A stretch of 64,000 nucleotides of DNA. It comes from Dehalococcoidales bacterium (lineage in GTDB: Bacteria; Chloroflexota; Dehalococcoidia; Dehalococcoidales; Fen-1064). Every line of letters starts with the position of its first letter. The stretch's first letter is position 1. Positions 45,847 through 55,417 of the stretch are shown here, in pieces. A model generated the notes under the pieces. It was given only the letters and a program-made list of their open reading frames with translations, did not search any database and was not told the DNA's origin. The position numbers were made by a program, and so were the translations under genes. The stretch is from NCBI GenBank assembly GCA_020342155.1, contig CP070842.1, positions 1,108,594-1,172,593 on the forward strand, in the 5' to 3' direction.

Positions 45847-46995
45847 ATGGAAGAAATACCCTTTACAAGACCCCTTATCGGCGAAGAGGAGGAAGCAGAA
45901 GTCGTCGCTACCCTGCGTTCCGGTCTGATTGGTACCGGAGTAAAGACCGAGCATCTGGAGCGGGAGTTTGCTGCCTACCAGGGAACCAGACACGGCATTG
46001 GTACCAACTCCTGCACGGCGGCGTTGCACCTCAGCCTCCACGCTCTTGGTATCGGTCCGGGTGACGAGGTAATAACTACCGCGATGACGTTCGTGTCAAC
46101 GGCAAGCTCAATAGTATACACCGGGGCTAAACCTGTATTTGCCGATGTCGAGCCGGATACACTATGTATCGACCCGGCCCGTATCGAAGCCGCCGTAACG
46201 GAACGCACCAGGGCAATCATACCCGTACACATCTACGGACAGCCCTGCGACATGGACGGGATACTGGATATTGCCCAACGCCATAACCTGAAGGTGGTCA
46301 GCGACTGCGCCCATGCCATCGAGGCTGAATACAGGGGCAAGAAGGTCGGCAGCCTCGGGGATACTGCCTGTTACTCCTTCTATGCCACCAAGAATATGAC
46401 GGCTGGTAACGGCGGGATGCTGGTGACCGATGATGACAATCTGACACAGCTTATTCAGTCACAGCGGGACCACGGGATGGCCTCCGGGGCCTGGACGCGG
46501 TACCAGACGGGAGAGTTCCAGGAGTACCCGATGATACAGCTCGGTTTCAAGTACATCTTGTGGGACCTCCCCGCTTCCATAGGGCTACACCAGCTACGAA
46601 AGATTGAACAAAGGCACCAGAAGCGTCTCGAAGTGGCTAACCGGTACGGTGCGGCGCTCAAATCCCTGTCTGACCACGTAGAGGTATTAAAGACCCGAGA
46701 AGGTGTACGGCATGCCCACCACCTTTACGTTATCAAGCTCAAGGGAGTGGATCGAAACCAGGTAGCTGCCGGAATGGAGAAAAGGGGCATCGGTGTCGGT
46801 ATCCACTACCGGCCCGTTCACCTTGAACCGTACCACCGGGAGGAACACGGGCACGCCCCGGGTGAGTGTCCGGTCGCTGAGGATGCCGGAGGACGAGTGC
46901 TGTCACTACCATTCTGGCCGGAGATAAGCGAAGAGGAAGTCCTCAGGGTGGTCGAGACACTCGGAGAAGTAATCACTGAGTGCCGGGAGAGTTAA
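45847..46995 (+). CDS. DegT/DnrJ/EryC1/StrS-family PLP aminotransferase
   Basis: It has FTRPLIGEEE, a DCAHA context, and the SFYATKNMTAGNGG Lys motif. The ATG follows GGAGG. Confidence 0.85.
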   Translation: MEEIPFTRPLIGEEEEAEVVATLRSGLIGTGVKTEHLEREFAAYQGTRHGIGTNSCTAALHLSLHALGIGPGDEVITTAMTFVSTASSIVYTGAKPVFADVEPDTLCIDPARIEAAVTERTRAIIPVHIYGQPCDMDGILDIAQRHNLKVVSDCAHAIEAEYRGKKVGSLGDTACYSFYATKNMTAGNGGMLVTDDDNLTQLIQSQRDHGMASGAWTRYQTGEFQEYPMIQLGFKYILWDLPASIGLHQLRKIEQRHQKRLEVANRYGAALKSLSDHVEVLKTREGVRHAHHLYVIKLKGVDRNQVAAGMEKRGIGVGIHYRPVHLEPYHREEHGHAPGECPVAEDAGGRVLSLPFWPEISEEEVLRVVETLGEVITECRES

Positions 46996-47005
46996 GAGGA
47001 AAGAA

Positions 47006-48010
47006 TTGGCAGACTCAGGAAAGTTATTGAGGGTGGCTGTCATCGGCTTCGGCACGATGGGTCGTAAACATACGGGAAATTGCTCACGAATCGAGGGGGT
47101 TGAGGTGGCGGCGGTGGTCGGTGTCGACGAGGCCGAGGCAGAAATAATTAAAGCTGAGGCAAAAGTCCCTGCCTATACCGACGCAGACATGATGCTGGCT
47201 GAGGTTCCGTTGGATGCATTAATTCTGGCCACGCCACCGGGGGTACGCCGCGAGACCGTGATGGCGGCTGCCAATATGGGCAAGGCCCTCTTTCTGGAAA
47301 AACCGATTGCCCTTAACCTGCCGACCGCCAGAGAGTATTGCGACATCGTTAAGAAGCAGTCACTGGTGAACGCCGTCGGCTTCCAGCTACGGTACTCTCC
47401 GCTAACGGAGCAGGCCAGACAGATGATTAAAGGTCGGACGGTAACCCATGTCCGTACCGCCTGCACGACCTCTTACTACCTGAAGCGGGACGTGCCGGAC
47501 TGGTTCCTGCAGCGTAAACACAGTGGCGGGCCGCTGCTGGAGCAGGCTATACACCCCTTCGACATTGCACGTTTGCTGGTAGGCGAGATTACTAATGTCT
47601 TCGCCCGTGCCGAGCGGTTGCTTTTCGCCGATACCGGTGAGCTTGACTCGGAGGACACGATTGTGCTGGCATACCGGTTTGCCAGTGGTACCCTCGGGAC
47701 GCACGTCGATAGCTGCGCCATGACCGAGTTCAACTGGGAGGTCGAGTTACTCGGGTCGGACTGGCGACTGCTGGTTGACTATGCCCGGAAACGGCTCACC
47801 GGACACATTGGCGAGGAGACAATCGAGCAGGACTTCCCCGATATCGACCTGCACCTGTTGGAGATGCAGGCATTCATAGAAGCGGTGCGTAGCCACAAGC
47901 CGGACATGGTACGTTCCGATTTCGCCGATGCCACCAGGACACTGGCCGTCGTCCTCGCGGGCGACCGCTCCATCAAGACCGGTGCCTGGGAAGCCGTCGA
48001 GGAGGTGTGA
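47006..48010 (+). CDS. Gfo/Idh/MocA-family NAD(P)-dependent oxidoreductase
   Basis: It has the N-terminal LRVAVIGFGTMGRKH Rossmann motif and the EKP motif (LFLEKPIA). Confidence 0.85.
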   Translation: MADSGKLLRVAVIGFGTMGRKHTGNCSRIEGVEVAAVVGVDEAEAEIIKAEAKVPAYTDADMMLAEVPLDALILATPPGVRRETVMAAANMGKALFLEKPIALNLPTAREYCDIVKKQSLVNAVGFQLRYSPLTEQARQMIKGRTVTHVRTACTTSYYLKRDVPDWFLQRKHSGGPLLEQAIHPFDIARLLVGEITNVFARAERLLFADTGELDSEDTIVLAYRFASGTLGTHVDSCAMTEFNWEVELLGSDWRLLVDYARKRLTGHIGEETIEQDFPDIDLHLLEMQAFIEAVRSHKPDMVRSDFADATRTLAVVLAGDRSIKTGAWEAVEEV

Positions 48011-49029
48011 AAAAGATGGCCGATTGGAAGTCCGCATTGAATGCCGACCCGACCAACTGGCTCCTGGAACAGGATAACCCTTCGGCGCGTTACTTCACCC
48101 TGGTCGACTTGATGGACACGCCCGAGGATGACCCAGAGGTGCAGCAGGCAAGACAGGCCATCATGGAATCCGGCGTGGTGCCCCGAATACTGGCAAAACA
48201 GGAAGAAGGCGGCAACTGGGAGCCACCTCACCGTTTTTACACAGGCAAGTACCGCAGCACCGTCTGGCAGCTTATCATCCTGGCGGAGCTGGCCGCCGAC
48301 GGAAATGACGAGAGAATACGAAAGTCCTGCGACTTTATTCTTGAGATAAGCCAGGACAGGACCAGCGGGGGTTTTTCCACGCGGGGAAGTGTCCAAGACG
48401 GCGGAGACCCTTCCCGTGTTATCCCCTGCCTCACCGGGAACATGGTGTGGAGTCTGATGAGACTGGGTTGCCGGGATGCACGGGTAGAGCATGGCATCGA
48501 ATGGATTGCCCGCTATCAGAGGTTCGATGACGCCGAAGGCAAACCGCCAAAGGGCTGGCCCTACGATAATCACGAGCGGTGCTGGGGACGCCATACCTGC
48601 TCGATGGGAGTAATTAAGGCGCTCAAGGCCCTCGCCGAGATACCGCCGAACACCCGCAGTACGGAGGTTGTTGCCACGATTGAGAATGGCGCTGAATATT
48701 TCCTGCGCCACCATGTACATAAACGGAGCCACAATCTGAACAGGGTCTGCAAACCAGAGTGGCGTAGGTTCAGCTTTCCCCGGATGTGGCATACAGACGC
48801 CCTGGAAATTCTACGGGTTCTCACTCGACTTGGCTATCACGACCCCCGCATGCAGGAAGCCATAGACCTGGTCATCTCGAAGCAGGACGACCAGGGGAGA
48901 TGGACGCTGGATGACACCTTCAATGGAAGCTTCCAGGTAAACATCGAAATCAAGGGCCAGTCAAGCAAGTGGGTCACGCTCAATGCCCTGAGGGTGCTGA
49001 AGCGGGTACACGAACTGGCTGGTAGATAA
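48007..49029 (+). CDS. hypothetical protein, possibly alpha/alpha-toroid (prenyltransferase/terpene-cyclase-like repeats)
   Basis: It is 340 aa and overlaps the upstream stop codon. Recurrent GGW/GGF-type turns (EEGGNWE, SGGFS, DDQGRWT) support the fold. The assignment is weak. Confidence 0.35.
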   Translation: MKKMADWKSALNADPTNWLLEQDNPSARYFTLVDLMDTPEDDPEVQQARQAIMESGVVPRILAKQEEGGNWEPPHRFYTGKYRSTVWQLIILAELAADGNDERIRKSCDFILEISQDRTSGGFSTRGSVQDGGDPSRVIPCLTGNMVWSLMRLGCRDARVEHGIEWIARYQRFDDAEGKPPKGWPYDNHERCWGRHTCSMGVIKALKALAEIPPNTRSTEVVATIENGAEYFLRHHVHKRSHNLNRVCKPEWRRFSFPRMWHTDALEILRVLTRLGYHDPRMQEAIDLVISKQDDQGRWTLDDTFNGSFQVNIEIKGQSSKWVTLNALRVLKRVHELAGR

Positions 49030-49163
49030 CGGGAGACGGCTGTATTAAGGCCGGCACCTTCAACCTTCCCGCTTCCCAATCATCCCGTGATGCTGTATAT
49101 TCTGAATAACTATTTGGTTTGATTTGATACAGACTTAACCGGCGGAGAGACAAGGAGGTAGCT

Positions 49164-49823
49164 ATGGCAATTACACTGATGCTGGCGGGGGTGGTCTTGT
49201 GGCTGGCCATTTTCTGGATAGGCTCTATTGCCCTGGAGGCCACCGGCCTGGAGCGTACCAAGGCCCGCTTCCAGGTGCTGTCGGCCATCACGGGGACAGG
49301 CTTCACCACCAGCGAGTCCGAGGCTATCGTCAATCACCCCAGGCGGCGCCGGATAGCTACCTGGTTGATATTCATCGGTAATACGGGTGTTATCGGTTGT
49401 ATTATCGTGCTACTCGTCTTCTTGCGAGTCGGTATTAAAGCCCCAAGCCCGGTGCAAGTCATAGTAATCGTCGCCGTTGTCTTGGCCATAGTACTGTTTA
49501 TCACGCTGGGGCCTATGAACAAACTCACCAATACTATCATCAGGCTGATACGCAAAGGGCGGGCCAAGTCTTACCTGCTGGCCGAAGAAGTCCTCCACCG
49601 GTCGGGTGAATACGGCGTAACCCGCGTGGCGATAGGCCAAAAGGACCTGCCGTCGGGTCTGACCGCAAAGGACACCGGTCTCGGCGAGCGGGGGGTGGTA
49701 GTCCTCGCCATCGAGAGGGGAGACACGGTACTCCCCTTCCCCATGGGCGAAGAGACTTTGTCGGCAGGGGACTACCTGCTGTGCTACGGTAAGATTTCAG
49801 GGATGCCCGGTGACACATCATAG
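49164..49823 (+). CDS. membrane protein with C-terminal TrkA-C (RCK_C) domain
   Basis: The RBS is AAGGAGGT. It has three TM helices with a TGTGFTT loop and a C-terminal VVLAIERGDTVLPFP....GDYLLCYG. Confidence 0.55.
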   Translation: MAITLMLAGVVLWLAIFWIGSIALEATGLERTKARFQVLSAITGTGFTTSESEAIVNHPRRRRIATWLIFIGNTGVIGCIIVLLVFLRVGIKAPSPVQVIVIVAVVLAIVLFITLGPMNKLTNTIIRLIRKGRAKSYLLAEEVLHRSGEYGVTRVAIGQKDLPSGLTAKDTGLGERGVVVLAIERGDTVLPFPMGEETLSAGDYLLCYGKISGMPGDTS

Positions 49824-49933
49824 CTGGAAGCAGGTTAACCTCAAAGACAACACGTTTACAGAAGGCAACTCATTGGATACAATGATATATCGTTATGTCG
49901 AATGGTGCTATCATGCCAGTTAGGGAGTCCTGA

Positions 49934-51172
49934 ATGATTCGGCGTTTTTCTCTGTACGGCTTCCTGAAGAACCAGCGGTACTTTGAGCCGTTTATTATCC
50001 TGTTTTTTCTCCAGCAGGGGCTTTCCTTCACCCAGATAGGTTTCCTCATCGCCTTCCGGGAGCTTTTTATCAACCTCATGGAAATCCCCAGCGGTGCCGT
50101 TGCCGATTTATTTGGCCGTCGGCGCAGCATGATGCTGTCATTTGTTTCCTACATCATTTCATTTACCATCTTCGGCTTCAGCCAGGACTACTGGCACATG
50201 TTCCCTGCCATGTTTTTCTTCGCTATCGGCGAGGCGTTCCGCACCGGCACACACAAAGCGATGATATTCACCTGGCTCCGCATCGAAGGAAGGCTCGACG
50301 AAAAGACTAAAATCTACGGCTACACCCGCTCCTGGTCCAAGATAGGGTCAGCGGTTTCCACCGTGCTGGCAGTCGCTATTGTTTTGCTGGCCAATGACTA
50401 CTCCTGGGTCTTCTTCTTCGCCATTGTCCCGTATGTTGCAGGGCTGGTTAATTTCATGTTCTATCCCAAAGAGTTGGAGGGCCAACCCGACCCCGAAGCA
50501 GGCGTCCGTGAAGTCGTGGCACATCTCTGGGAATGCATCCGTCTGGCAGTGGCAGTCCGCGAACTTCGCCGCCTAATCATAGAGTCAATGTCTTTCGAGG
50601 GAGTGTATAAGGCAGTCCATGACTATCTCCAGCCCATAGTGCAGAATATGGCGCTGTTGATTCCTCTTTTCGTCGGATTGGAGGATATAGGCCGCGGCGC
50701 TATTATGATAGGGGTTGTTTTCGTGGTTTTAAACCTCCTGTCTGCCTACGCAAGCCGGAGCTCCCATCGGCTGGCCAGTTATGCCGGAGGGGAGGAGGGA
50801 GGAAGCCGCCTGCTCTGGAAAGTGGTCTCCGTTCTCTATCTGGCACTCATTCCGCTGCTGGTGTTCGAGTATTACTACGCGGCAATAATCGGCTTCATCG
50901 TCCTTTCTCTCATCCAGAATCTCTGGCGGCCTATTTTAGTAAGTCGCTTCGACGCCTTCGCCAGCGAGACACAGGGCGCCACCATACTATCTATCGAAAG
51001 CCAGGCAAAATCAGTCGCCACAATGATAGTAGCGCCAATCCTGGGGGTGGCGGTGGACTTTATCCGGAGTCAGGGTGAAAGCTGGGGTGGAGAGTTCTGG
51101 CCGGTAGCTACAATTGCGGCAGTAATCTCACTGATTATCCTGTTTACGCCGCTTAAAGAAAAAGATAAATGA
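49934..51172 (+). CDS. MFS-type transporter
   Basis: It has about 12 TM segments and an ADLFGRRRS loop motif. Confidence 0.7.
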   Translation: MIRRFSLYGFLKNQRYFEPFIILFFLQQGLSFTQIGFLIAFRELFINLMEIPSGAVADLFGRRRSMMLSFVSYIISFTIFGFSQDYWHMFPAMFFFAIGEAFRTGTHKAMIFTWLRIEGRLDEKTKIYGYTRSWSKIGSAVSTVLAVAIVLLANDYSWVFFFAIVPYVAGLVNFMFYPKELEGQPDPEAGVREVVAHLWECIRLAVAVRELRRLIIESMSFEGVYKAVHDYLQPIVQNMALLIPLFVGLEDIGRGAIMIGVVFVVLNLLSAYASRSSHRLASYAGGEEGGSRLLWKVVSVLYLALIPLLVFEYYYAAIIGFIVLSLIQNLWRPILVSRFDAFASETQGATILSIESQAKSVATMIVAPILGVAVDFIRSQGESWGGEFWPVATIAAVISLIILFTPLKEKDK

Positions 51173-51294
51173 GAGACTTCGCACTTCAAGGCAAGTGTTG
51201 CAGGCGCGAAACCCACACGGGTACGCCACACACATACTGAATCTCTGCGGTGTATTCCGAGGGGATTGATTGAGCAGGGAACAGGACTGGGCTC

Positions 51295-51999
51295 CTAGCC
51301 AACGAGGGCGCAATCCGTCAGGACAATGTTTGTCACAAAACCTTCGTACCTGCCCTCGACCGTGAGCTCCTGGCCTACAGTGAGACGGTTAAGCTCAGCC
51401 GCATCATCCTTGCCAAACTTGCAGTAGACTTCTCCAAGGGGATGCGGTTCGTTGTCGGTCAGAGCAACACGGTACTGGCCAACAACATCCTTGTTTACCA
51501 CGCTGTCGACCATGCCTCTTACCCGGAAAACACTGTCCTTGAATTCATCGTGCCCCGCCATGCCGTAGCTCTGGTAAGAGGAGCACAACTCGGCGACGGT
51601 TACTTCCTGTACCGGCTCAGGTTCCTTATCTGCTTTCGGTTCGGGCTCTTCTTCCGAGGTGGGCTCTTGCTCCATGACTGGCTCGGGTTCAGGCTCTTCC
51701 TCTAGAGCAGGTTCCGATACAGCCGTGTCATCGGTAGTCTCCTGCGCTGGTTCGGGTTCTGGTTCCGTGCTTGCCTCGATTTCGGCAACCTGATTCGTTT
51801 CTGGTTCAGGCTCTGTGGCTGGTTCGGATTCAATGAGCAGGGCGGTAGTGATCGCCTCGCCCTCTCTCTCGTGCTTAAGCTCGGCGAATGTTTTCGATGT
51901 CTTCCCGTAAATCCCTGAGACCAGCGGGTAACCACACCACTGGCAAGCCCAGTCCTTGGTCCGCACAGTAGACAGACCACAGTTTGGACAATTTGCCAT
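51295..51999 (-). CDS. zinc-ribbon / Glu-Pro-rich linker / OB-fold-like protein
   Basis: The ATG at 51999 follows GGAGGTG. The zinc-ribbon is CPNCG...CQWCG. A long EPEPEP acidic low-complexity region follows, then a C-terminal beta-rich domain. Confidence 0.5.
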   Translation of the reverse strand: MANCPNCGLSTVRTKDWACQWCGYPLVSGIYGKTSKTFAELKHEREGEAITTALLIESEPATEPEPETNQVAEIEASTEPEPEPAQETTDDTAVSEPALEEEPEPEPVMEQEPTSEEEPEPKADKEPEPVQEVTVAELCSSYQSYGMAGHDEFKDSVFRVRGMVDSVVNKDVVGQYRVALTDNEPHPLGEVYCKFGKDDAAELNRLTVGQELTVEGRYEGFVTNIVLTDCALVG

Positions 52000-52336
52000 T
52001 AAACACCTCCGTACGCCCCCCCTAACTGGCTCGGGAAAAACTCCCTTAGCCGGCGATGTAGTCGCACCGTCCCCCGGCACGTATCTTATTATAACATAAC
52101 ATTGCAATACCTGCCGTCGGCGCCAGTAACCCCACCACCGTATCGCACCTGTAGGGGCTGTAGATGTTGAATAATTGTGACTCTATTGTCAGCACCGGGG
52201 AAGTACCAAAAGTACCAATCTACTGGACAAGAGGGCCAGTTTAGTGGAACTTACATTACCTCCATAGGTTCAGGTTGCTTCTGCTTTATCAGATGGCTAT
52301 ACTGGACGTAATTTAATAGGCGGGGGGTGCAGGCCT

Positions 52337-52759
52337 ATGAGAACAGCGATTATATACCGGTCTTTTCTCGGTTCGACGCGCAAGTATGCAGAGTGGATGC
52401 ATGACTCTATCGAGTCCTCGGACCTTTTCAAACCACGCCAGGCACGTGATAAAAAGCTGATAGAGTACGATATCGTAATAATCTGCTCTGGCACGTATGC
52501 GGGCTGGATAAGCCTTCGGGGATATTTGAAGAAAAAATGGCCTATTCTACAGGAAAAGAAGGTTATCTTACTCGTAGTGGGCCTGGTACCCCCAGAGGAC
52601 GCCGAGAGCGTAGCCGCCTATATGAAGATTCCTGAAAATATCAGGCAAGAAATCCAGTACTTCAAGGTGCCGGGTAGATGGGGGTCCAGGAATCGGGATG
52701 CCGTAAAGAAAGAAAACCTGCAGCCTGTCCTCGAATATATTCAGGGACTGGCGTCATAG
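52337..52759 (+). CDS. flavodoxin-like domain protein
   Basis: MRTAIIYRSFLGSTRKYAEWM... with later IICSGTYAG, as in the flavodoxin_4/5-like fold. Confidence 0.55.
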   Translation: MRTAIIYRSFLGSTRKYAEWMHDSIESSDLFKPRQARDKKLIEYDIVIICSGTYAGWISLRGYLKKKWPILQEKKVILLVVGLVPPEDAESVAAYMKIPENIRQEIQYFKVPGRWGSRNRDAVKKENLQPVLEYIQGLAS

Positions 52760-52796
52760 AAGAAAGGTAACACCGAAATAATCCCTTCTTTCTCGT

Positions 52797-53917
52797 TTAA
52801 GACATCGCTAGGGCGGTCTTTATCTCTCCAATCACGTATTCAGATGTTTCCCGGGACAGGTTCGATTCCAGGGCCCTTTTTGCCTGGCTGCCACCAATCC
52901 TGCCCAGTGCCCAAGCAGCACGTCCCCGAATCAGCTCATCGGGGTCCTGCATTGCCTCAGTCAGTGCTGGCACAGCCTCCTGGCTGCCCTGATTCCCCAG
53001 AGACACCGCCGCATTTCTACGAAAGTAGCGTTTGTCACTGATGTAGTTCATCATCAGTAAATTGGACACTTTGCTAAACTGCTCATCAGTCATATTCAGT
53101 ATTTTCTCCAATTGGAAATCATCAGCCATATATTCGAGAAACGCATTCGGTGGCAGCTCTGCTTTGAGCTTAGCCTGATTGCGGGGGCATACCTGCTGAC
53201 AGACATCACAGCCATAAACCCAGGTACCCATGCTCTCTCTCAGCTCAAGGGGTAACACCTCTGGCCCCTCGATGGCAATTGACCCCGGCGTAGCATACGC
53301 ATTGTATGCTATACAGAGGTGAGGGTTCATCCTCAGTGGCTCGTAAAGTGCTCCGGTCGGGCAGGAATCGATACAGAGAGTACACTCTTCAGGACAATTA
53401 ACGTCTAATGCCGGTGTATCGTATTCAAGCTCTTTGTCTATCACCAGTGAAACGACGCTGACAAAGGAGCCGATACCTTCGACAAAGGCGAAGCAGTTTT
53501 TACCATAGTTGGTTACTCCGGCGCGGGCAGCCGAGGGGCGGCTTGGTAATCCCCACCCCACACGGCAACCCTGATTCGTTAAGAACTCAATCAGTAGGAC
53601 ATTGCGTGCCCGATGAATAGGATAAGGTGGATTGCCACTGCCCCAAGAGAGGTAGTACCGTCCGACCTTACCTGTCATCTCCTCGGGCAAGAGTGCCTGA
53701 AGTAGTCATAGACAAACGCCATTACCGAACGGGCCTCAGGTAGTACGTTTGTGGGGTCAGCGTTCCGCAGTAGTAGTGATACTACCCAGTCATACATATC
53801 TGAACGGTCGTTCAATTCTCTTTGTAGAACAGGAAAGCTGTCAGCGGTGGTAAAACCTACCCGGTCGTAGCCAAGGCTCAGGGCGTATTCTTTGATGTCA
53901 GTGCTTAGTGACAGTGT
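52797..53917 (-). pseudogene. queG: tRNA epoxyqueuosine reductase QueG, interrupted by a frameshift near 53690
   Basis: The downstream part carries Fe-S motifs (CTLCIDSCP, CDVCQQVCP) and C-terminal HEAT repeats. An upstream 76-codon open frame (LSTDIKEYALSLGYDRVGFTTADSF...ARSVMAFVYDYF) is the QueG N-terminus in a different frame and ends at a TGA overlapping the downstream ATG. No canonical start codon was found. Confidence 0.65.
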
Positions 53918-53975
53918 CTACTTACCTCCCGGATTTTACTGAACTACTGGCTTCTGTGCCTGTAATTGAACCCGC

Positions 53976-54662
53976 TTAAATCTTCTCAAAGGCGCTCTTA
54001 GCGGCCCCGCAGACCGGGCACACCCAATCATCCGGTACTTTATCGAACGGAGTCCCCGGAGCAATACCACCGTTCGGGTCTCCCAACTCAGGATCGTAGA
54101 CCCACCCACAAACAGTGCATCGGTACTTCTCCAAGCCTGGTGCCTCTACCCTCTTCTCCTCGGCAACATAGCTGGGGGCGGTCTTGGGTGTAGTCCCACG
54201 CTTGATTTGATGATAGTAATCGTAGGTCATGCAGACATCATCGGTGAGGACTTCGGCGTCAACAACCCGACCGGCAAAGACAGTGTGGGTACCCATATCC
54301 ATCTTATTAACTACTTCGGCTTCAAGGTATGAGACGGCATTATCGATAACAATCGGCGCTTTCGTCTGGCCTGTCTTATGGTTGATGCCTTCGAGTTTAT
54401 CAATATCCCTGCCCGACTTGAACCCGAAGCGCCCGATGAAGTCAAGCGGCGTGTCCTGGCAGAGGACGGATACGGCAAAGACACCGCTCTCATTGATATA
54501 CTCCCAGGTCAGGTTGCTCTTGTTGATGCTCACAGCGACCGTCGGCGGCTCGGAGGTTATCTGAAACACCGTATTAGCTATCTGTCCGTTGAGCTTTTCT
54601 CCCTTTCTCGAAGTAACTACATAGAGACCATAACCTATCTTGTGTAAGGCTTTAGGATCCAT
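53976..54662 (-). CDS. flavin-reductase-domain / rubredoxin fusion protein (high-molecular-weight rubredoxin type)
   Basis: The N-terminus is flavin reductase-like (GLYVVTS...[16 protein letters not shown]). The C-terminus is a rubredoxin, [12 protein letters not shown]....WVCPVCGA. Confidence 0.8.
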   Translation of the reverse strand: MDPKALHKIGYGLYVVTSRKGEKLNGQIANTVFQITSEPPTVAVSINKSNLTWEYINESGVFAVSVLCQDTPLDFIGRFGFKSGRDIDKLEGINHKTGQTKAPIVIDNAVSYLEAEVVNKMDMGTHTVFAGRVVDAEVLTDDVCMTYDYYHQIKRGTTPKTAPSYVAEEKRVEAPGLEKYRCTVCGWVYDPELGDPNGGIAPGTPFDKVPDDWVCPVCGAAKSAFEKI

Positions 54663-54682
54663 AATTCTTACCCCCTCGGGTA

Positions 54683-55219
54683 TTAGTCCAGCACAGGCTG
54701 GATTAAGCCGTAGTTGCCATCTTTCCGCAGGTAAACGACGTTGAGTTCGCCGCTATCCGCGTTAGCAAACAGGAAAAACTGATGACCGAGCAGTTCCATC
54801 TGGCTTGCCGCCTCCTCAGGGGACATAGACTGGACCGGAAAGCGTTTTGTCCGGACCAGCGTGGTCGGGATTTCTTTGGACGCGAGAACCTCCTTCTTGG
54901 AACGGTTGACACGCCTCTTTGTATCGTATCTTCTGCCCTTATACCGTTCGACCTGACCCTCCATCGCATCCACAGAAGAGTTAATCGCTGTGTACAGGTC
55001 GGCGGCTCGTTGCTCGGTTCTGAGAAGGGTGTCACGTACACTGGCCGTTACCTGAGCGACGAACCTTTTATCAGCTTCCCTGGTTGGTTCGGAGGTTATC
55101 TCGACCTTCACCATATCAATGCTCCGTAGCCGTCGGGAAAGTTTCCCGACCTTCTTCTGAATGTAGCTTGAAGTTACCTCGGAAATCTCGCAATTCCTGC
55201 CTTCTACGAACACCTCCAA
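54683..55219 (-). CDS. hpf: ribosome hibernation promoting factor, long form
   Basis: The N-terminal RaiA/HPF fold ([17 protein letters not shown]) is joined to a C-terminal dimerisation domain ([49 protein letters not shown]). The TTG start follows AAGGAGGT. Confidence 0.85.
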   Translation of the reverse strand: MEVFVEGRNCEISEVTSSYIQKKVGKLSRRLRSIDMVKVEITSEPTREADKRFVAQVTASVRDTLLRTEQRAADLYTAINSSVDAMEGQVERYKGRRYDTKRRVNRSKKEVLASKEIPTTLVRTKRFPVQSMSPEEAASQMELLGHQFFLFANADSGELNVVYLRKDGNYGLIQPVLD

Positions 55220-55266
55220 GACCTTACCTCCTTGTACCTGATACAGTACCCAGCCTGTCTGCCACC

Positions 55267-55300
55267 ATTATACCACTATCCCACGGTAGACTAATGGACA
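55267..55300 (-). promoter_or_regulatory. possible extended -10 promoter (TGgTATAAT) for hpf
   Basis: Read on the minus strand. The -35 element is poor. Confidence 0.35.
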
Positions 55301-55417
55301 CGGTGTTTGCTTTACAAAGCTCTTAACCCGATTTCATGGCAGGGTGGTACCTTTGGCCATCGGCGTTGGGTCGAAAGTACTATTCAAATTCGGTGTGACC
55401 AGACCTAGAATACAAGT

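Noticed and set aside
47779-48792. The 337-aa minus-strand ORF.
   Set aside because: It lies entirely antisense to two well-supported plus-strand genes (Gfo/Idh/MocA and the 340-aa protein) in GC-rich sequence. It has no RBS and no recognisable motifs. It is a typical shadow ORF. The same reasoning applies to 37285-37866, 55951-56526, 35153-35497 and similar antisense ORFs.
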